DNA of 64,000 nt from Microbotryum violaceum. Its lineage: Eukaryota. Shown in pieces: positions 34,927 through 48,517 of the stretch (its first letter is position 1; every line of letters begins with the position of its first letter). A program made the translations under genes and the position numbers. The notes under the pieces were generated by a model. It saw only the letters and a list, made by a program, of their open reading frames with translations, was not told the DNA's origin and did not search any database. The DNA is taken from positions 248,001-312,000 of the forward strand of contig CDLV01000018.1 of NCBI GenBank assembly GCA_001244265.2, read 5' to 3'.

Positions 34927-37184
34927 GGCGCCTGCAGAGTACCACTGCAGTGAGTTTCAGTTTGAACCCAGCACCTCTATGTAACATGTAACAGAAAAAG
35001 TTCTACATAGCATGTAATGTGAACCATCATGGGCCACGCATTGGTCATGTTCAACATTCGATCCCGGCAGACGGCGGTGGCAGTACTACTCCGAGTTGGC
35101 AGCGTAAGTTAGTGGCGGCTTGTTGGTCCAAGGAGTCAGCATCAGCAGGCCACGCGAGCCTGAGCGCATCTTGACTTTATCCCTCTTCCCACCCGATCCG
35201 CGACTCACCCAACGCCAGGGAAATTGTGGTCTTCTGTAGTGCGTTCCAACAAAAACACACACCACTGGCATGCCTCCTCAGCCGCATAGCGCCCCTGCCA
35301 CCTAAGGAGAGCTGACCTTGAGGGGAGACCACGTAGCTCAATCGGCACGTCCGTGCTCAGAGTCTCCTACGCCAACGACTCCCATCTCCCGTAGTATCTC
35401 ATGATGGCTGCACGCAATTATCGGGGTTTGGTGCCCAACTTGCTGTGCGGTCCCGAGTGTGGGTTGGAGTGGAACGTAGACCCCGAACGGCCGTCCAACG
35501 TGACCGAACTACTCGAAACGGGCAAGCTAGCTAGCGACAGACGTCTCAAACGTACCCTCCGAGGCAGCTGGTCTATAACGTGTACACATCATTATCAACA
35601 ATGTCGTGAAACCTCTGATGGATGCGGTTGCACCGGTGGTCATCGAATTCGGAGACCGCGACCGCGACCTCAAACTGCGACAAAAAGGAGACAAGAACAT
35701 TACCGTCACAAAGGCGTGTTCCGGATCGGAGACGTCGGAGGTTGTTGTCACGTTGGCTATCGAAGATAAGACGGAGGGTGTGCATTGTCATGAATGAGGA
35801 TTCCCGGATCAGCAAATTTCACTCGCGCGCTTCAGAGCAATTCAGAGCCGATCCAGAACAATCCTGAACAATCCGGGCGTAAAGTACATTAAGCCCTGCG
35901 CTGCTAGATTGCTCTAGAAGTACGGGAGGGTCCAAATGAGCGTGGATACATCCTCCTCCGCAAAGCGTGCCTGCAGCAGAGCCTGGATTCGCCTCGGAAT
36001 AATACTGTTGCATTATCGAGAGCTTTCTCCCGCCTGTCAGAATCATAAATGGGCTTGCTTACCTTGGCGCCGATAGCCGAGCCTCCTTCAGTCCTCTCCT
36101 TCAAGTTGGACTTGCCAGTGTGCTTCTGCTTCTGCACCGCCCCTTCGCCCCCTGTTCCTCCTCGTCACTTTCCTTTCCCTGAATTGCTTCGGAGCTTGCA
36201 AGACTTCCGAAAACTCCGATCCCTGAGGGGTATGTCCAGCCTTTCGTCCCTCGGGTCCGCCAGGCTCAACGACGTGCCGGATGTGGAGGTGTTCAGGTGT
36301 GAGTTCTGGGAGATGATGACGCAGCACACCTTCCGTCTTGCCTTCGATAGCTAACGTGACAACATACTCCGACTTCTCTAATCCGGAACACGCCTTTATG
36401 AGGGTAATGTTTGTTGCCTCCTATTTGTCGCAGTTTGAGGTCGGGGTCGCGTTCTCCGACTTCAATGGGCACCGGTGCGGCTGCACCCATCATGGGTTCC
36501 ACGGCATCGTTGATGACGGTGTGTACACGTTTTAAACCAGCTGCCTCGGAGGGTGGGTTTGAGACGTTTGTCGCTAGCTTGCCCGTTCCGAGTAGTTAAG
36601 TCATATTGGACGGCAATTCGAGGTCTAGCTGCTCGTTCTTCTCCAACCCACGCTCGAGACCGCACAGCAAGTTGGGCACCAAAATCCGAAAAATCGCGTG
36701 CAGAAATCACAATATGCTACGGGAGATGGTGTTCCCTGGCGTAGGAGACTCTGAACGCGGACGTGCTGATTGAGCTACTAGTGGCAGTACGTGGTCATCC
36801 CTCAAGGTCAGCTCTCCTTAGGTGGCAGGGGCGCTATGCGGCTGAGGAGGCATGCCAGTGGTGTGTGTTTTTGTTGGAACGCACTACAGAAGACCACAAT
36901 TTCCCTGGCGTTGGGTGAGTCGCGGATCGGGTGGGAAGAGGGATAAAGTCAAGATGCGCTCAGGCTCGCGTGGCCTGCTGATGCTGACTCCTTGGACCAA
37001 CAAGCCGCCACTAACTTACGCTGCCAACTCGGAGTAGTACTGCCACCGCCGTCTGCCGGGATCGACTGTTGAACATGACGAATGCGTGGCCCATGGTGGT
37101 TCACATTACATGCTATGTAGAACTTTTTCTGTTGCATAGATGTGCTGGGTTCACACTGAAACTCACTGGTACTCTGCAGGCGCC
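34927..37184. mobile_element. Foldback-type element: ~850-bp inverted arms around a ~520-bp spacer, no transposase
   Basis: Arms at about 34927-35790 and 36315-37184, both ending in GGCGCCTGCAGAGTAC. The identical 61-aa ORFs at 35086..35271(-) and 36852..37037(+) mirror each other. Outer ~410 bp near-identical, inner ~440 bp clearly diverged. Confidence 0.85.
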
Positions 37185-38058
37185 ACTACACTGCCGCGAG
37201 TGGTTTCTCATTAGGAGGCTCGTTGGTTCGTGGAAGTGGGGGAAGTTGGTGCTGGCAAGTCAATGGCGTTGAAGTGAAAGAGCGGATGAACGGCATTCGG
37301 TTTTCAGACTTTGATGATCGTCTACATATGAACGAGTCAAGCTCGGGATGAGCTTGCAAGTTGAAGAAGGCTGACTCTCGGAGAAATACCTGGGCCGCAA
37401 GCTCGTCCCGAGTCGAGCGAGAGGCGGATCGGAGTCCTGGCTCCTTGATTCGAAGTGAAGCGGTGATCAAAGCTCACGCTGTTGAACACAATCGGAACTA
37501 GTTGTTTCCTCGTTGTTGGAGCTTGCCTCTGCTAGGATTCGGTCCTGTCGTGTTCTGGTGAGGGACTGGCAGGTGGCAATATATTGAAAACGAAGGTGGT
37601 GATGGGTGACTCGCGACCGGATTTGCTGGGAAGTAGAATGGGATCCGATATCGTGCTTTATGGCGTGAGGTTGGAGGCCCACATGATCGTAAGGTAAGTA
37701 CGTACCTACCAAACTACCCTTGTGGGGGTCAGCCTTTGGAACGGCTGAGAGATGCTGCTTCGAAAGAAAATCCCCGCATCTTGAACTTGAAGTCCGTTTC
37801 CTAGGCGCGGGGTCACGTGCGCTAAAGAGGTCCGAGCTTATGGGGTGAAGGTCTCGTCATGATTCTGCAATGTCTACAGCTTCTCGCATGTGCACCATCG
37901 GATCCTTATTCAATAGTTTGCAGCGCCCGAATTCGCTTTCGACGAAAGGCATTTGATTACGCAACATACCTGGGAGCGGAGGAGAAATCGAGCCACCCCA
38001 CTTGCTCCCGTAGCTATCCTCTCCGTCGCTCTCCCAAACCGTGCGACCAGCTCACACA

Positions 38059-41000
38059 ATGGAACCTCGACGACGGCACTCTCTCCGGTCGGCCCCTCCG
38101 ACACCGAGCACGATCGATGATCGTTCCTCGGACGGTGATGGTGATCGAGACGATGTAAGGTCCCACAACCCCGGTGGAGCCAATACCAGCGGCGGGGCCA
38201 GTGGTGTTGCGACGGTCAGTGCTGAGCGATTGGTCGTGCGTCGAGTCCGAGCACATGCAGAAGAAGTGGTCCCAAGCTGAATAACTCTTGTACCGGCTCT
38301 CAATGCAGACCCTGCCTGATCTCGAGGCACGACTCGAGACTGAACGTGCGATCGCGGATGGAGCCGAACAGTTCTTGCGCATGTTCGAGACCCAACAAAC
38401 TCCGTCATCACCTGCCCAAGGATCGGATGGGTCGTCGTCCTCGCCACGGCCTTTGGAAGGATTGGGAGCTGGGCAGGAAGAGTTGAAGGCCCAGGTCGAG
38501 GCGGAGCTGGTCGCGGCTAGGCAAAGGATACAGGAGCTGTTGAGCTTGATCGAGACGTTTCCACGCGGAGGGGGCGGTGAACAAGGTGCGTTTGGGTGGA
38601 TCGGGATGGGAAGGGAAGGTGTCCCGTTATGCTTATATGTAGACACGCTTCCACAGATGTATTGGCCATGCCACCTAGTCCGGCGCTCTCTGAACCGTAC
38701 CCGAACGACGCGTTGCCGTCCTTACCTCGTACGTTTCAAGTGGGGTAAACCCAAGGGGGTCGTGGATCAAGCAGCTCACACCGAAGCCTTCTCGCAACCC
38801 TTCTCACAGCCCATCAACCAACGGATAGCTTCTTGCCGACCTTTGAAAGGGTCGTCCATCTGCTCCAACGCCTCGACGAAACTCAGCACGTCTCGGACAA
38901 GTTGAGGGCGATGGATTCAATCGTCGATGCACTCAAATCAGAGGTCAGGGTCAAGTTTGAGCTTAAAATGGAAGATTATCTCACCACGTGAGTAATCAAA
39001 AATGATGACAGTTGAAGTTTTGTTTATGGACCGTTGGTCTGATGGGATGTGGATCAGCATCATGGAAGGACTCGGCGAGGATGCAGGAAAGCACGTTCGC
39101 GCAGGTTCGTATCGGTTACTACGTCATCTCATCGTCGATCAACATGACGTGTATCAACTGCATGCATGTTTCCTCGATATGTTTCTCGTCAAGTGAGTTG
39201 TTCCTCCTTCTCTCGTGGAACACCTGAACCCGCTCGCCCACTGACCTCCTCTGTGCCGTACAGATCATTATCGCGGGACTCGAGAGCAGAAGTCGAAAAG
39301 GAGCAAGCTTTACGACTCATTCGGCTTCTACTTTCCTTACCGGATACGGACCAACCCGTTCAACCTGCCGTTATTCGGGCGATCGTCGCCATTGCGGAGA
39401 ACCAGGAAGAGAAATTGCGGCTCGCATGTCTCGAGACATTGGGGGAGCTGCGTGAGTCGGCGTGTATTATCGCGGGATCATTAAAGGAGGCGCACATTGA
39501 CCCGCCTGCTATTGCATCCGCATGATGCCCGCAGTCATTCGAGATGTATCACTCCTTGTTGCTGCCGAAGGGTTACGGGTTGTCTTGCAATCCCTCTCGG
39601 ATGGTCCTCACGATCTCTCCCCCTTCGTCAGCATGGGTTTGCTGTGGGTCTTGGACAAACCCGACACACGGCAGTACCTTCGGCAGGGAGTCGACCTTGA
39701 GGTGCGTGGAGCTTAGAGAGATTGATCAGATGGTGACCCCATTATTGACCTTGCTGTTCTGGAACTTGTAGATTCTGTTGGCTGCTTTTACTGATATGCC
39801 GACCAAAGGCGCCGTGTTTGAAGAGCGTGTGCGAGCGAGCTCAAAGATGATTGCGAACACGCTCAAGTCATGGAGTGGTCAGTGCTACGCCTCCTAGGGT
39901 GATTTGATCAGGCATCATGCTGACTGATCTTGCCTGCTTGTACAGGGATTATGTATTTCAACTTGAATGGGAAGCGGGCTCTGACATCACTTGTCGCTTC
40001 TTTGACGACCCCCTCTGCGTTCATTCGAGTAAGCAAGACCAGGTTCATGTCACAGCTAGCGAGGACAGATTTTCGCTAAAGCATACTTCGTTCGTAGGAC
40101 GCATTGCTCGACATGCTCTTCAACGTCTTCCACATCGAAGCTCCCTCCTGGTACACCTCCACCGCCGGATCCCGACTCAGCGGCCTTAAGCAAAGCCGGC
40201 GCCCAACCAGTAGCGCCAATCCCACCGACATCAACGCTCCTCCTCGACAACAAGCCAATCTAATCCAACACTACCTCGCCGTCTTGCTCCTCATCTTCAT
40301 CGACGCCGGACTCATTGACGCCCTCGTCTCTGTCGCCGCTGATCCAAGGGACGCGACGACGGCACGCAAAATCTCACTGCTTATTTCGGAGATTCTGGCG
40401 CTTTCGAATCGAGTCCTCCCTTTATCGCATGCTGTCCGAGTGCAGTCCCTTCCTCGCTTGTTCAGTCTTGCTTCGTCGTTCGATACGAGTGATGAACGCC
40501 TAGCAGCCGGGTCGACGCTCCTCGCCGTCGATCAATTCAATCGGGAACAAGCCCGGGTTCGTCAACATCGGCCCTTAGACGGTGCGGAAGCGCTCGCGTT
40601 CTTGAACACCGAAGACTCGGTCAAGAAAGTGCAAAAGCGACAAGTCGAAACGACGAACCTCAAAATGGGCATGGCGATCGACGACGCGACCTTTCGTAAC
40701 CTATTGTTACTTTCGAGGGTGTTGGATAGCAAAGAGGATCATACGAAGTGGGACTTGGACACGTTGTTCGAATTGGTCGAAGGCGCGCTGTTGAGTCCCA
40801 AGCGATTGGACGAGGCGATGCGAGCGACCAAGTTCATGAGAAGGTTGTTGAGCTTCTTTCATCCGTTCTCGTTGAGGTTTTCCGATGTGAAGAAGGACAA
40901 GGTTGGTCGAACAGAATCCTTATGTTCGGCTTCTACTTTGAAGTGGCTTACATCTGATCTCCGTTTTTGCGAATACAGGATTCGGTCAGGTGGACTAGAT

Positions 41001-43222
41001 TGGGGTGCGCATTATTGGAGACGATGATGACCAACCCCGACGGCGTACGATACTTGTCAGAGGACAAGTTTCTACGGCAGATTGCCGACGCTCTCGGCCA
41101 ATTGGACACGGTGAGGATTTTCGAAACTCACTACAGCTTCCCCGGTCGTACGAGACTGATGGATGTATTTTTCGCAGGCTACCGGTCCACCCGCAACAGA
41201 TCTCCTCTTTTCCAAGAACCGCGTCGAGTCGACCCTCGCATTCGGCTATTTTGAGATGCTTGGTGTGATGACCAAATCGAACGAAGGGACCCAACTGCTC
41301 GAAAAGATGCATATTTTCACGTCCTTTTACCGCATCAGTGAACTTCGGTCGAGGGAAGACCTGTTGCAGCTCATCCTGGAGAACGTCGATTACGCGCGTG
41401 ATGGACATCCAAGGGTCTTTCTTTCCAAGGCGCTGACCTCAAGTCAAAAGGTACGTTCCAGGCGCGATTTGAGCTGGTGCCATTCATTTGTTTGACCATA
41501 CTAAAACTGTGATGATACGATACAGCCCGTTCGGATCTTCGCAACCCAACACCTCGCCAAATTGATTCAACGCCAAGGTCCGATCGCCGAGGAATGGCAA
41601 TTGCAACTCTTGCTCACGCAGTTATACGACCCTTCGACCGAAGTGCGAGAACTCGCCGTGCGTGTGTTGGAACAGGCTTGTCGGGTGCAGCAGACCTTGG
41701 AGACGGTCGTGCAGATGAGACCTTCGCTGGATCATCTGGGATCGATCGGTGCTGATTTGCTAACAAGGTTAGTGCCAACTTGGCGCCGCTGGCTGTTTGA
41801 CAAGATGCTGATCTGTTTCGAGAAATATTCATAGATTCCTTTCGACTTCGATTGGTGTGGCTTACTTGCACGAGATCGAGTTCATCGACCGCGAGCTCGA
41901 GGATTGGTATGCCGTGAGTTATATGCTCCACGCGCCGGATGCTTTAAAGCTAAGCCACTTACATGATATCGCATCCACAGGAGCGCAACTTGACTTATGT
42001 GATCGAATTGGAGCTGTTAATGGCACAAGCCCTTCGCATCGACGAACTCCCTTCGTCACTGGGACCTTCAACCTTCAATGGCACACCTCCGCCTCACTTC
42101 TACGGAGAGCTCGTCAAGACCTCGGAAGGATGCGCAATCCTCCAGGACTCGGATCACTTCTTGATGTTCGGCGACTACATTCGCGACCATGCACTCGAGG
42201 ATCAAGACCCTGAGATCCTGCTCAGCCTCAAAGCCGCTCTCTGGGCCGTGGGGCACATCGGATCGACCACGGGCGGACTCGAGTTCTTGGATGAGGAGCT
42301 CGTCATTCCGAGTATCGTCGAGATTGCGGAAGACTCGCCCGTTTACTCGATGCGAGGTACGGCGTACTTTGTGCTTGGTCTCATAGCTTCGACTTTGGAA
42401 GGCGTCGAGATGCTTGAGGAAGTGGGATGGGAAGGCGTCGTGACGTCGCTCGGAGGGGCGACGAGTTTGTGCGTTCCGATGGATCTGGCCAACTTTGTCC
42501 ATGTGAGTTCGAGTACCGGGAGTACGTTTTAGAATCGGCCGGACTGTTGAACTGACTTTTGGTCTCGCTCCCAGACTCCTACTTGGACACCACCGACGGC
42601 CTCCTCACCCGAGTCGCTACTCCTGCAAGCCCCATCGTCACCCTACGAGATCGAACTGCTGTCCGCCCTGTCAAATCTCTCGAATCACATCCTCGCTACC
42701 AAAGCCTCCAAAACACTGGCCCGGCTGAAACAGAAGCACCGCTTGCTTTTCTCCGATCCAGGGATCCTCTACCGCGCTCTGGAGATGCTCGCGAATAGCA
42801 GCTATCGCCTTGCGATACGACGCTACATCCTCGACCTCTTTGATATCCCCATCGACTCAATTGGGGTCTTGCGGATCATGCGAGCTGGTGAAAATCTACA
42901 ACTCGATGACGTAGCCGGAGACGTCGATGAAGCGGACGAAACTGGCAAACTCACGCCCTCGACTCCATCGATCGAGGCCGGGAAACCGAGAAGACCTCGA
43001 GCAACGACTCCTAAAATCCACAAAGGCGTCGAAGCGATCTTGGGCGAAACGAAAGGGATGGATCCAGGCGACGAATCCGAGTCGGATGGTGGTGAGGACG
43101 TGCGCTCGACGAGTGATGAAGGCGATGACGTCGTCAGTGGCGAGGTCGGGGATGAGAAGAAGATGATCCCATTGCAGGTGTGTGCGCCTTTGTTGAGCGT
43201 CAGGGGCTTCTTGATCAGTTAG
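38059..43222 (+). CDS. AVO3: TORC2 subunit RICTOR (Avo3/Tsc11/Ste20)
   Basis: N-terminal HR1-like LEARLETERAIADGAEQFL; RAGSYRLLRHL, EKEQALRLIR, LLWVLDKPDTRQYLR, KWDL..L.ELVEGAL..PKRL, FMRRLLSFFHP, LLLTQLYDP..EV..A..L..AC, PPHFYGEL, LKAALWAVGHIGST, S.RGTAYFVLGLI. Many introns. Confidence 0.93.
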
Positions 43223-44179
43223 TCGTGGTCCATTATGGGATTATTTTCGTGCTCAGATAGTTGTTTGTAGCAACACTGCATCATAACTGTTCGTATTTTT
43301 AACGGTAGGCCGTTTCCGCGAGCCATGCGGTTTACTACACGCGGCTCGGTAGCGTTGGATAGGAGCGCGCACTCTCCGACGCACCACGCGATTCGAATGT
43401 TGAATTGGGGTCTGTTTCATTCAAATCGCATCACATCATGCACTGAGCAACTACTGTCTACCTCATACCTCAACCTCACGAGAAGTCTTCGATGAGAGTT
43501 ACGCAACCCTCAATTAATCTAGTTCTCAAGCGAGTGCACGAAGCAGGCTCCATCGTTTGGTCGTGTTCGTATTGATCTCGGCTGGGGACGGGATGCCGAT
43601 GAACCATGTGACCGCGCACTCACGATCACGAGGTTCAAGACATCAGCGCCACGGCTGTAGCCGGAGTACGATTTCAGCAGCTTTTCAGGGTGGTCCGCCA
43701 TTCAGTAGAGTACTACCGCGAGATAGTACTATGGATGTTAAATATGCTGCGTGTTGCGGTTTATGCCGAACCTGTATTGACCTCTTGTGAGTCGAGCGAT
43801 CTGGAAGGGCCACGGCGGCGCCGCATTGCACCGTCTGCACATCATTGTGAGGTACTATGTATCGGTTCTGAAGAAGGAGACCCTATCGAGATGCAGGCGT
43901 CGCCTGACCTCTCGAAGCACGTGATCCGGCATTCGACGGTTGAGCTTCCAACGTCCAGCGTCCAGCTCGCTCCTGTGATCTCAGGGTCCTGCCCTATCTC
44001 AATACTTGTTGCCCTTCGGTGTTCCCGGCCTCGCAAGTGATCGCCGAGGTGATGGGCTCCCACAGATTGCCGTGGGATAGCAATGTCGAGCTTTATCGTT
44101 TCTCTGTCTTGTGCCGCTACTTGCTTTTCTCACGTCTCTCTCACAACCCAATACACTCTTCATCAATCCTCTTCCCACC

Positions 44180-44680
44180 ATGAGATTGCTCTTTGTTATC
44201 ACCTTTAGCCTCGCGGTGTGTATGATCCACGCCCTTCCCGCCGAAGACCATAGCGACACCACTCCGAACCTTAAGGGGAGCAAGAAAGTAACGGTCCGAC
44301 AAGGAATCTGTTTGTGGGCCTGTCGAGGATTCATCTCACTGTTTGTGTATGCTTTGCATAGATCGTTCCCGCCCTACACGTTCCCACACTGGCACTGACT
44401 TTCACCTTTCGACCTATCCGTCAACGTGATGACTCGGACTCTAGCACTGATTGTTGCAAGAAGTGCGGTATCGCAGACAAGAACTGCCCCTATCAGGGAC
44501 ACGGCCATGTATGACTGGTGTGGATGGTAAGCAGTGTTTTTTAAAAGGTTGCCACTGCAGCATCTGGGAAGCGGCTCGATCGGCTGATGTGACTGCTGAT
44601 TGCGGCCGGAGCAAAGCACATCACAGGCGCCTCCTTAGGGCCCTCGCAGGGGGCAGCTTGACTCTGAGACTGAGATAAGG
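44180..44680 (+). CDS. Small secreted Cys-rich protein (3' exons uncertain)
   Basis: Signal-like MRLLFVITFSLAVCMIHA-LPAEDHSDTTPNLKGSKK, donor GTAACG at ~44288, later exon TDCCKKCGIADKNCPYQGHGH. The end was not resolved. Confidence 0.6.
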
Positions 44681-45659
44681 AGTTAGAGTGTAGAACCCTT
44701 TTTAGTCTCATGTTTTGAAATATGTGCTGCTTCATCTCCCGGTCGGAGTGGCGTCGAATCCTAGCAATTGTGTGTTTAACCATTCGCACGGCCTCGGCCT
44801 TTATCCTACGCGCACGTGCATCGATCTGCTTGAACCTGATTGATGTCCTTTCAGAATTAATATCGACCACCTGCTGGGCTATGACCGAAGACAGGTAGTC
44901 CATTAACTCGGTACATATAATTCCAGTCTCCAGTCCATGGTTCATCGCCTGAGGGTCAAGCTGCGATGGTCCTATCACACGATTACGAGGGCACGTGAGC
45001 GCCAAAGTGCGGCCACTGGCAGTGCCCCTATATTTCCACCCGCCCGGCCGTCAAATGATGCCCCTGTTCCAGTCAGCCTCGTCCATGTGGGCATCTCGCG
45101 AGGTCCCACTAGTCGTATTCGCGCGCCCCCCGACTCAGGAGTTAGGGTCGTCCGTTTTCACACCCTTGTGACTGGTTCCCGACAGGTTTTTGAGAAGGAT
45201 TTGCCTCACCCTTGGGTTGATCCTCCATCCCCCCCCCCCCCCCACATACGTCTTGATTCGTTAAGAGCGTTTCCTACTTCCTGATGTCGTAGGCGTAGAC
45301 TCATCTGAATCCTACCGCACCCAATCCGATCAGAATATCGCAGTAACTTCAAAGGCAGGTATATTCGAAGATCAGGGGATGCCCTGCCCCCTCCCCCACC
45401 CCTCCCCCCCCCCCCCCTGAACGATGGGGGTCGGAGTGAAGGAGGAATACGTATCGACATTGGCCATTTCACTGAAAATTTTAGAGTGGGGTTTTCAAGA
45501 CCGAACCCTTTTCAAGCGCAAAGGGGTCACCAGAGAGTAGACGACATTTTTCCCAATTATGCGATACAATCTATTTCAGACCTTTACCAAAACAAAATAG
45601 TACATCACCAATTAGACTGCTCTCTACTAAAATTAAAATGACCTCATATGACTCCTAGC

Positions 45660-47739
45660 TCAAACCCATCGGGCGGCGATACTGCCCAACGTTCCCAAAA
45701 TGGCCAAACTATCATGACCGTTCCCATTCTCTTTGGGGGGCGTTTGGGTGAGATGATCTATTTGAACGACGTAAACACAAGAGATCAGTAGACTCTTCGA
45801 TGTGAACGAGTCATGAGGGGGGGGGGAAGGTACTAACAAGCGTTGAGCGTAAGACAAACGACCATGACGAGCACGCCCCAAACGAGTAAACACCACGCGG
45901 AGATTCGGAGGAGTCGGTCTTGGCGCGTTGAGGAGGTTTTGAAGAGGGAGAGGACTGGACATGATAGTGACAACAAAAAAGTCAGTTCCCTTCCCTTTTT
46001 GTCTTTTTGACACCCTCTCGACTTTTGCGAAACTCACAGAAAATGGCCGGCAAGATGAAACTAATCGTCGTACTCCCCGTCGCGCCTACGAAACCCAAAA
46101 CGACCTCCAACGACGACACGAACATGGAGATGCAGAACGTCGTGAGGAGGATTCCACCACTTTCCAAGACGAACCTCCCCAGTGGTATCTCGGGACTCGC
46201 GTGGTCCTCATCTCCACCTGGTTGAACGCCTTCGTCCGTAGGTGGGTAAAGCACCTTGTCCAATGAGGCTCGAGCGGGATGGAGTTGAAGTGGGTAAGAG
46301 AAGAGGACGAGAATGACAAGGCCTAGTTGACAAATCGAGACGAGGAGAGAGTGGGGGTACATCTCGATGATGTTGGACCCGACGAGGTTGCCGAAACAGA
46401 GGTAGCCGAGGATACCGAGGATTTCGTAGATGATCGCAGCGGAACCGAGTGAGGTGCCGATCACGAGGTTAAGGCGATGTTGCGAGTTCTGGGTGGGTCA
46501 GGGATCTTTGATTGAGTCAGGTGCTCGAGCTCCTTCGCTCGTCTGAAGTCGCCGGAACTGACCGTCTTTAACTCATTGAACACCGCAAACAGATTTTGGG
46601 CGCACGTGAAAGCAAAGATCTGCACAGGCAAACTCTGCACGAACTTGGGACCCAAATGAATGGCCTCGACCGTGCCCCTCGGTGGCAAGTCATGCGTATG
46701 AAAAGACATGTAGATGACGACAAAGACGAGGTTCGCAACGGCGCAGAGGGCGATGTAAGAGGTGAATTTGAGGCTGTCGAGTTTGCGCAGAAAGGCGAGG
46801 GGGCAGAGCATGGACATGGCGAGCAGGATCCAGAGACGGCGGTCGAGGAGCCAGTCCGGGGAGGAGGACCAAAAGGAGTAGACGACGCGGGGCATGAGGC
46901 CGCCGATGACGATTCTGCACGTGTTTGAGACGAGCACGATGAGTTGCGGGCATTGCAAGCCAGTCATTGAGTGCCCCAAACCAACAAGTAGGATATCGAC
47001 ACTCCAAAACACTTGAGAAAGATGGCGAGATCAAATACGCGCCCGAGTTTGGGGAAGGTGAGGCGGGATAGGGCGGCAAAGGAAGCGGCTCGATGGGGTG
47101 CTTGAGCGGCGGAGCGCGAGAGGAAGTAGAGACCCAATGCGGCGCAGAGACCGCACCAGATGACGGTCAAGACGCCTGGGAACATCCCTCCTGAAGCGAA
47201 TGCGTGGGGCCTGGCCGAAAGTAGAAGAGTGGGGATCAGTCTTTGCTGAGCACGGGGTCAGGATCTTCCGTTTCTCCGAGAATGGACCGACATGGCGAGT
47301 CTGCAGTATGGAAAGGCACAACGGTCAGCCAGCCCAACTGAAACTGTCAGCTCCGAACGCTGTAGGGCCACTCACGCTCCAGTGCCAATGATTGTATCTG
47401 TGGCCAAAAAAAATGATGCCCGAACACGGACGGGATCAGCCTGAGGCTCTGGCCACTCAGGTACTCAGGCACCCAAGCTCGCCAAAACTCACTCGCCAAA
47501 TTGGCAACACAGCCAAACATACTCGCCTCCCCCTGGCGCTGCAACTTGATAGCACTCTGCCCATGGACCGAACTTCGACAGCCCAGAAGAGGCGAGGTTG
47601 AATCCGGTGGTGGGCGGGGGATCGAGGTGCGTGCGGCTGTTCGAGTTGCTGTTGCTGCTCCGGTTGTTGTGTTGGGGGAGGCGCTGGATTTGGGAGGAGG
47701 TGGTGCATCCTCTTCGTCGGAGGAGGAGAGACGTGGCAT
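45660..47739 (-). CDS. Vacuolar amino-acid transporter, AAAP/Aa_trans family (Avt5/6/7-like)
   Basis: ASMFGCVANLA-NTIIGTG, GGMFPGVL, FDLAIFLKCFGVSISYL, PLAFLRKLDSLKFTSYIAL, LPVQIFAFTCAQNLF, GYLCFGNLVGSNII, SYPLQLHPARAS, VLGFVGATGSTTISFILPA. Confidence 0.92.
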
Positions 47740-48517
47740 TGTGGGAGGTGAGGGCTGAATGGGGGGCGATGAGGCGGTAGTGGTGGACGGTGGGATGGCT
47801 GTGGATGGTGGAGCAGGTCGTGGTTGTTCGGACACACACGCCTCCTCACGCGGTCGGTCCTGGCCCGACCTCGCACCGCTAAGTAGGCTTGGAAGGCTTG
47901 AGATCCCCTTGCGAGACGCCCTCCTCGGTGCTAGAATGTAATGATCGACTCGTGTCTGAGCTTGGGGTGAAAAATAAGGCGCGATATGGTGCTGAATGCA
48001 AGCCAGGTCAGCCCGCGGTGATTGCATCCCACGCCGCCGTCCGCGAACGACCCACTACGACCCACGCCGTCGGCTAATAAGGCGGGTCGGTTTGGTTTTG
48101 GCAAGCACGTACGCGCCGGCTCGCACGGACCCCTCCCAGTCTCCAGGCTGTGGAATGGCGTGGGAATGGCGTGGGAATGGCGTGGTCAATCATCATCGAG
48201 TTCGAGCTATAATTAATAACTAACGCAGCCTAACCTAGCACACATCCCGTCCTGCCGAAAAAGTGCATACATCGAGGTTGGACTCGCCGACTCCGAGTCG
48301 GGCTGCTTCACGCTTGCACGCTTGGCTGGACGAGCTGGACGACGCGCCGACTTGCGCCGACCCGCGCGGACTGTTTTGACAAGCCGAGTGCTCTTTGCGC
48401 TGCCTGCCTCCATCCATTCAGGCCCCTCTCGAGGCCCAACGCCCCTTATTCACCGAACTCGGCCCGGTCGGTTTCCCGTCTTCCTCTGGTGAATGATCAA
48501 AGCTCGAGCCTTGGCGT

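Noticed and set aside
35086-35271. Identical 61-aa ORFs here and at 36852..37037 as a duplicated gene
   Set aside because: They simply mirror the inverted arms; no recognisable protein features.
43300-43400. GC-rich segment with TTCGAA considered as a tRNA
   Set aside because: No acceptor stem or cloverleaf could be built. No tRNA or rRNA was recognised anywhere in the window.
44541-45005. 154-aa minus-strand ORF with helical character
   Set aside because: No recognisable motif and it overlaps the secreted-protein locus; possibly repeat debris, but I cannot support a call.
48151-48185. (TGGGAATGGCG)x3, loosely similar to the reverse complement of the 26306 repeat
   Set aside because: Different unit length (11 versus 12) and only three copies; probably independent slippage.
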